A program made the position numbers and the translations under genes. The notes beneath the pieces are model-generated. The model was not told the origin of the DNA. It searched no databases and worked only from the letters and a program-made list of their open reading frames with translations. From Octopus bimaculoides (lineage: Eukaryota), in contig NC_068989.1 of assembly GCF_001194135.2 (NCBI RefSeq), forward strand, positions 16,293,286-16,327,499: 34,214 bases of DNA, given 5' to 3'. How positions within the stretch are numbered: the stretch's first letter is position 1; each line of letters starts with the position of its first letter. Of the stretch, positions 34,163 through 34,214 are shown in pieces.

Positions 34163-34214
<52 letters not shown>

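Overview
AT-rich, gap-ridden draft sequence from an animal genome. The SINE families, microsatellite load and intron sizes are characteristic of an octopus (coleoid cephalopod); this taxon call is inferred from repeat content. The window lies inside one + strand gene, a class B1 (secretin-family) GPCR of calcitonin/DH31-receptor type. Seven coding exons were reconstructed by eye (2132-2235, 2825-2916, 16878-17028, 19668-19818, 26909-26969, 28182-28248, 32357-32439). All have AG/GT boundaries, compatible phases and intron positions matching my recollection of vertebrate CALCR. They encode the second half of the hormone-binding domain through TM5/ICL3; the gene starts upstream and ends downstream. 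Almost all ORFs in the supplied track are microsatellite or N-gap artefacts. The introns hold two abundant SINE families, decayed R4/Dong-like, RTE-like and Penelope-like retroelements, Tc1/mariner remnants, a 5'-truncated tRNA-Pro copy ending in CCA, and three long foldback palindromes. Most notable are several short elements carrying type I hammerhead-ribozyme folds (at least two unrelated families, all with decayed cores), and R4/Dong-like elements inserted with fixed polarity into the (TAA)n tails of SINEs.
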